NCBI GenBank assembly: GCA_044892525.1
Contig: CM097885.1
Coordinates: forward strand, 12,278,001 to 12,342,000
DNA: 64,000 nt
Direction: 5' to 3'
From: Schmidtea polychroa
Taxonomy: Eukaryota
Numbering within the stretch: the first letter of the stretch is position 1; every line of letters starts with the position of its first letter. The translations under genes and the position numbers were made by a program. Shown here piece after piece: positions 50,271 to 64,000 of the stretch. Below the pieces are notes generated by a model, which was given only the letters and a program-made list of their open reading frames with translations, was not told where the DNA came from and did not search any database.

Positions 50271-51990
50271 CAGTGGTCGCCAACCCTATGGCCGTGGACG
50301 CCATGGCCAACCAGCTGTTTTATGTGTGCTACCAGAAAAAAAGTAAATAAAGTAAAATAATTGAAATTTGAGCGAATTTTTTAATTTAAAAAAAAATGAA
50401 AATCGATAGATTTCGAAATTTTAAGATAATAATAAGCATATTTTTATAATTTTTCTTTACTCGTTGTTTATAAAAATATGGCTAAAAAATTCTCTATCCT
50501 TAAAAACCATTAAATTAATTTTATGGTCAATGTGGTTTAAATGTGGTTCAAATGTGGTTTATTTGTAATTTGTGTTTATATATTTTCTTTATTCATTATT
50601 AATCTTTTGTTTTCATAATGGTACTCGAATGTTTTTTGATTTTAAATTTGTTATTTTGCTGTACACTTGCAAGACCATTAATTGTTTATTGTTTTTAAAT
50701 TAGATTAAATTTAGATATAAACTTGTAATTTATTATTTCTCTGTTCAAAGTCAAAAGTGAAAAAAAATTTAATTCTAAAATGAGTGCAAGTAAAAGACAA
50801 CGAACGTATAATTTTAACACAGATTGGGGTGAATCCTATTGTTTTGTCAGTATTAAAGATAAATGTGTTTGTTTATTGTGCGGTAGCACAGTTGCAGTGG
50901 CAAAAATACATAATTTTGAACTTCACTTCTATTCTAACCATAGCACTTTTGATACTAATTACCCAGTTAAATCAGAAATTAGAAAGAACAAAATTAGAGA
51001 CCTTAAATTAAATTTATCTGGCCAGAAATCAATTTTCACTTGAAATTTGGTAAAATCTAAAAATGCCACCATTGCTTCTTTTAAAATTTCCCACAGGCTC
51101 GCAAAGAAAAAAAACATATCAAGGCGGTGAGCTGATAAAAGAAGCATTTCTTGCTGGCGTTGAGTGCTTATTTGAGGGACTTTCCAACAAGCCTGAAATT
51201 ATGTCAGCAATACCAGATTTACAGTTGTCAGGCAATACGGTTATAAGAAGAATACATGAAATTTCAACAGACATGCAAACTCAACTAAAAATGACTTAGA
51301 AATATCTGATTGGTTTGCTTTGCAATTCGACGAGTCAGCTGACATATCAGATACAGCACAGTTGGCAGTAATGGTGAGAACGGTTTTTAATGACTTCACT
51401 ATAAAAGAAGAGCTGTTGAAAATATTACCAATGCACGGACGAACATCAGGTCTGGATATCTTCAACATATTCAAAAAATTTGCAGATTCAATAGATATAC
51501 CTCTCCACAAGCTATCTGATATCACCACTGACGGGGAACCAGCAATGGTTGTAGTATCAACGAATTTATCGCCCTGTGCAAGAAAGATAAATGCTTTCCC
51601 AACTTTATGGCGTACCAATGTATTATCCATCAGGAAGTATTGTGCAGTAAAATACTTTCATTTGCTCACATTATGAAGATCGTAATGAAAATTGTTAACT
51701 CTATTCGAGCAGCTCCTTTACAACACCGACTGTTCAGGGCCTTACTGGAAGGTACTGAAGATGAACATTCCGATCTTATCTTGCATGCAGAGGTACGATG
51801 GCTCAGTAAAAGCAAAGTGCTTACAAGATTTTTTAGCTTGATAGATGAAATAAAAAAATTCCTCGAATCTAAAAATCAACACTTTGATGAATTGCACGAT
51901 GCTTCATGGTTAATGAATTTGGGATTCCTCACAGATATCATGAACAAATTGAACGCTTTAGACTTGGAACTGTAGGGAAAGGATAAACAC
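50271..51990 (+). mobile_element. hAT (SPIN/Charlie, GTF2IRD2-like) transposase pseudogene, 3' truncated
   Basis: Left end cagtggtcgccaacc after ctctagtg; zinc finger CVCLLC..H; QFDESAD, TTDGEPAM, CIIHQE, EVRWLS; frameshifts and stops. Confidence 0.92.
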
Positions 51991-52099
51991 GTTTTATAAT
52001 ATATATGAAAAGAAAACTATAAAAAAGTATACTTTTATATGTACACAAATTAAAAAAAATCTGTTATTTTCATTTGTTTTTGAGATTTTTTAGCTAATT

Positions 52100-52400
52100 T
52101 CTCATTTCACTTTGAAATATTCTAAAAGCTATTACATTATTATATTCAGTTCCCCTTTGTTCAGCGTAATTTAGCAATGTTTCAATTCAATTTAATGTCG
52201 TTTCATGACTAACGTAACCACTGGTATCTTCTTCGCTTTTAGTATTACTATGATTTTCTTACTCTTGAGTAACAAGAGAAACAATATCAGGATCATCCAT
52301 GCGTTCGAATCCTGGATCATTTAAATCATGATTGAGCCACTCCTTTATCTTTTCCTTATCCACGTCTGCAAAAAAATTTAATTTTCCAATAATCAATACA
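52100..52400 (-). mobile_element. Possible pogo/Tigger transposase C-terminal remnant
   Basis: Minus strand IKEWLNHDLNDPGFERMDDPDIVSLV...SHETTLN*IETLLNYAEQ. Confidence 0.45.
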
Positions 52401-52610
52401 TTTCAGATACAAAATTGTGTTCATTCTCTTTCGAATCCAATAAATCTGTTTCTGTCAAGATGAATCTTTCTCCATGATCGAACGAGTATATATTATATAT
52501 GATAAAATATTATATTTTTACTAATTTGTTTGTGTTTTCTTGATAAATAATGTGTTAAAAATTTGTGTTGTGCATATTCGAAAATAAAATAAAAATTTGA
52601 TGATTGTGAT

Positions 52611-52944
52611 TGTTAGCCGCAACAACGTCGAATTCATGTTCAATCTCCATAATTAATAAAATAACCAAATAAAATTACTAAATTTATTTTTTTCACAAAA
52701 CTGCGCTTTTTTGTAATATTCAAACAATCTGTTCGAGGATTTTTTATTATTTTAATTTTGACGCTGATTTCAATGCTGGTTTAATTTATTTTAATATTTA
52801 ATATATTTTAATTTATTTTTATATTTTAAACTTTAATTTATTAATTTAAATATTTATATAAAAATTTATGTAATCTGATAAATACAATTTAAATGTTTAT
52901 TAGTAATATTCAGTTTTAACTTAAACGCGAATTCTACCCTTTCA
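52611..52944 (-). mobile_element. Solo LTR of the Gypsy family at 11185-13535
   Basis: Highly similar to 11185-11512; TG...CA termini; 5-bp TSD GTGAT on both sides. Confidence 0.93.
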
Positions 52945-53863
52945 GTGATTATCCGTGATCATCCTCTAAGCATTAGCCCTGATATTCGATAGTGCACTGT
53001 AATGTAAGTCAGATATATTTTAAATTATACTTAAATAATTAAATCAATCACCAAAAATGTAATTTTCTAAAATATTTCTAACAAGTATCAGAAATTCTAA
53101 TTAATATTTAACTTAATTTTAAATCAAAAATAATTCTTACGACGATATGGCGTCATTTTCATGCAAATTAACGTAGTTGCTTGAAAAATACATTTAAAAA
53201 CATTTTCAGCGATATTTTTTTCCTCAAAATTGTCTAAAATAAAGTTATTATAGAAACGTATCTCAGCATCGCATTTTTATATATCGAAAGTTTGCATGTG
53301 TTATGTTTGTGTGCAGTATTTAATTTTTCTACTACTATTTAGATTTCGATAGTGTAAAATGTATCTCATTGCACTATTAATCAAAACATCAGCGTGAAAT
53401 CAAAGTAAATATGTATGTTTCTATAATATAAGATTATTGATGTTTTTATATTATAGGAAACGTATCTGGGTGGTCTCTGGTGTAACTATGCTTTAATAAC
53501 GCTTCTCACAAATTCATATAACCTTTTCATTCCTATTTATAATATTCTGCTATTTGTTTTTTTCGAGCAATATTTTCTCCTATGATGACTAAATATAGAG
53601 TGAGTGTATTAAATTTAAACAAATATAGTTTTCTCACGTGAGAAACCTGTAAATATGTTCTAGTAAATTTCTATTTTATTTAACATTATTTAGAAAACTT
53701 CATTACAGTAGAAATCATATCATTAGGAAAATACAGATCTACATAATTTATTATTCTTCCGGGAATGAAAGATAAAATTCAAGTTTTCTCATGAATACCG
53801 TATGGCTTAAAATAGATATTAATTGGATGAAATAAGGAATATAATTTCTTGACTGTAGATATT

Positions 53864-61572
<7,709 letters not shown>

Positions 61573-61749
61573 CTGAAAATGGAATTAATCAAACTTAATC
61601 AAAATCTAATTAATTGAATTAGAGGCAGAAAAAGCATTACAAATTGCAGAAAGCAAAGAGATCGAGGGAAATCGTTATTGATAGAAAGAATAAATTGCGA
61701 GTAATTTTGATGTTAATGAGATCATTAGTTGGTAATTACATTATTAACA

Positions 61750-62837
61750 CTAGAACTATATTTAGGCATAAATTTTATTATTGTTGTGTATATAGTACAA
61801 TGAGTAGAAACAGGTTCATAGAAATCTTGCGCTTTATTCGATTTGACAAAAAAATGGAAAGAAGTAAACGTTTACAAGTAGATAAATTTACATTAGTTTC
61901 CGAAACATGGAATACATCTATTAAAAACAATCAAAATTGCTACAAACCGAGTTCTTGCCTAACCGAAGATGAACAACTTTTTCCAAAAAAGACAAGATGT
62001 AGGTTTACATAATACATGCCAAATAAACCTTGTAGATTTGGGATAAAATTTTGGATGGTAGCCAATGTTCAAAATGGATATGTACTAAATGGTTTTCCAT
62101 ACTTAGGAAAAGATAATTTACGAACACCATTAACACCTTTACATGAATTGGTCGTTCTGAAGCTTGTTGAACCTTTTTAAGGTTGCGGAAGAAGTTTCAT
62201 TTCATTGGCAAAAAAGCTATTAACTAAAAAAACAACATTAGTTGGAACTGTAATAAAAAAGAATTACCAAAAATTGCAAAAGTATAAAAAGATAACATGG
62301 CTCGATATGAAACCATTACTATTAAAATCTGATAATATATTTCTCACTATTTACAAATCCTAACCTAAGAAAAAAGTATTACTTCGAAGTTCCAAACATA
62401 CAACTGTGAAGATTGCCAACAATTATAAACTTTTCCCAGAAACTGTCGAATTCTATAACAAAACTAAGTTCGCTATTGACTAGACGCTATTGACCAAATG
62501 GCTCGCAAGTACAGGGTAAAAGCAAGTTCTCGTCGATGATCATTGCAGATTTTCTAAAATATTTTAGATTTACCAGGAAGCGACGCGTGGAGATTATATA
62601 AAGATACTACTGACGGAAATATAACTAGTAAACAATTTTTCTACAAATTATCTGAAGAGCTTGGTAATAAATTTACATATAGCAAAAGATCAAAATCTAC
62701 TCATCCAGAAAAATGGAAAATTCTAAAGAAAATATGCAGCGGAAATCCTGTTTAATTGGATTCTGCAATAAAACCAAACAAATTCTATTGGTTTTAAATG
62801 CACGAAATATATGTGTGGGAAGTGCACAGCAAAAAAG
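61750..62837 (+). mobile_element. piggyBac transposase pseudogene
   Basis: MSRNRFIEILRFIRFD, DEQLFP..RCRFT*YMPNKP..FGIKFW, FYNKTK, Cys-rich tail. Confidence 0.92.
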
Positions 62838-63153
62838 ATTAAGGTTAATTAAAAATTATCTAAGATCGACCATGCAACAAGATAGGTTAGAGGGGGTGGC
62901 TATGTTGTCAATAGAGCAGAATGTAACAAAACAGATAAATTTTGATGATATTATCGAGTAATTAGCAGTAAAATACGTTTACGAAATAAGAATAAAAAAT
63001 ATGTTTATGTATTTATATTATTGAATATATTGAAGAAATAAATATTTCATTAAGTAAATTGATAAAATTATGTTCATGTATAATTTTTTCCTTTTTGGGA
63101 AGGGGCCCTGCATATAATAATTCCCAAGCCCTGCAAAACCCACAGTCGGCCCT
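62838..63153 (+). mobile_element. hAT 3' remnant
   Basis: LRLIKNYLRSTMQQDRLEGVAMLSIE dimerization motif; homologous to 45040-45539. Confidence 0.85.
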
Positions 63154-64000
63154 TCATAAACCTTTACATATCTATGAAAAGGATTTTAAAATAGCTCTTT
63201 CGATCTTTTTTGTAGGTATTATTGTAAGGACCCGACTCAGACGAGGGAGATGGAACCCATTACCGGACCCGCATGTCTTCAATTTGTTTATGAGTTTAAA
63301 ATTATTGTTAATTTACACAAATAAACAAAATTTTACATATTAGTCATTTAAAAAATATGTAGGAACGAATCTCTACTAATGGCTTACATGACCACCTGAG
63401 AATATGTATATAGGTTTATAGTTAATAAGTACTTTTGCATTTTAAAATTTTATATTTGGTTGTTCAAATAATGGTTCTTATATCCAATTCTTGAATTTCT
63501 TGTCTAAAACCTGTTAGTTGTAGTTAACCCCATAACCCAATATACGTTATCGTGCATATGCACTCCTACTCCCTTAAATAGCAAAAGTGTTTCAATCTCA
63601 CGAATGGAGTTTCTGCGCACTTGGTCAATGATTTATCGCGCACCTGGGAAATGAATTATCGCGCATCTTTAATTTATTAATTTGCAAATGCTATTTTGAC
63701 TAGTCAGAGGTATTTTTTGGTTATTCTTAATATGGAAACCATATTTTGTTCAGACATCCCATATGAAAAAGATGTATTCTTTGTCGACAAACAAGATTAT
63801 ATACAGAAATCAAGAAAATGAAATTTATTACGGAAGGCAGATATATTTTTCTTGGGTTTTCTTTCACCGATATTTCTGTGACCGGCCTTGAAGGACAATA
63901 CAGATATGTGAAAAAGGATTCATTCTTTATCAATACAGGTTAAAACATGTAGATAGAAAACTGCGCAAAAATTGTAATCGAAGACGTCATGAAACCTAAT

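Noticed and set aside
62713..62961. Novel piggyBac-hAT fusion protein
   Set aside because: Chance junction of two decayed elements; the piggyBac part has stops and frameshifts.

Overview
AT-rich animal genomic DNA, not prokaryotic. Short 45-60 nt introns, long (AAT)n tracts and TTAGGG suggest a triclad planarian, but this is inference. The main discovery is invisible to the ORF track: a ~14 kb palindrome with near-identical 3.7 kb arms (3953-7657 and 14150-17853) carries four intact five-exon selenoprotein W genes. These are two diverged paralogs, each duplicated, each with an in-frame UGA in a CxxU motif and a 3'UTR SECIS (AUGA core in one paralog, GUGA in the other). Older, diverged inverted homology flanks the arms, and an interstitial (TTAGGG)32 array follows. 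Downstream are SLC35A4 and three consecutive minus-strand motile-cilia genes (RSPH3, CCDC65, partial TEKT3-like). Introns and intergenic DNA hold several Ty3/Gypsy remnants (one with a chuvirus-like envelope glycoprotein), a Penelope-like remnant with a hammerhead-like motif, a Polinton-type capsid fragment, a 28S rRNA fragment, and many hAT, mariner, piggyBac and MITE relics. All homology calls are from motif recognition by eye; no searches were run.
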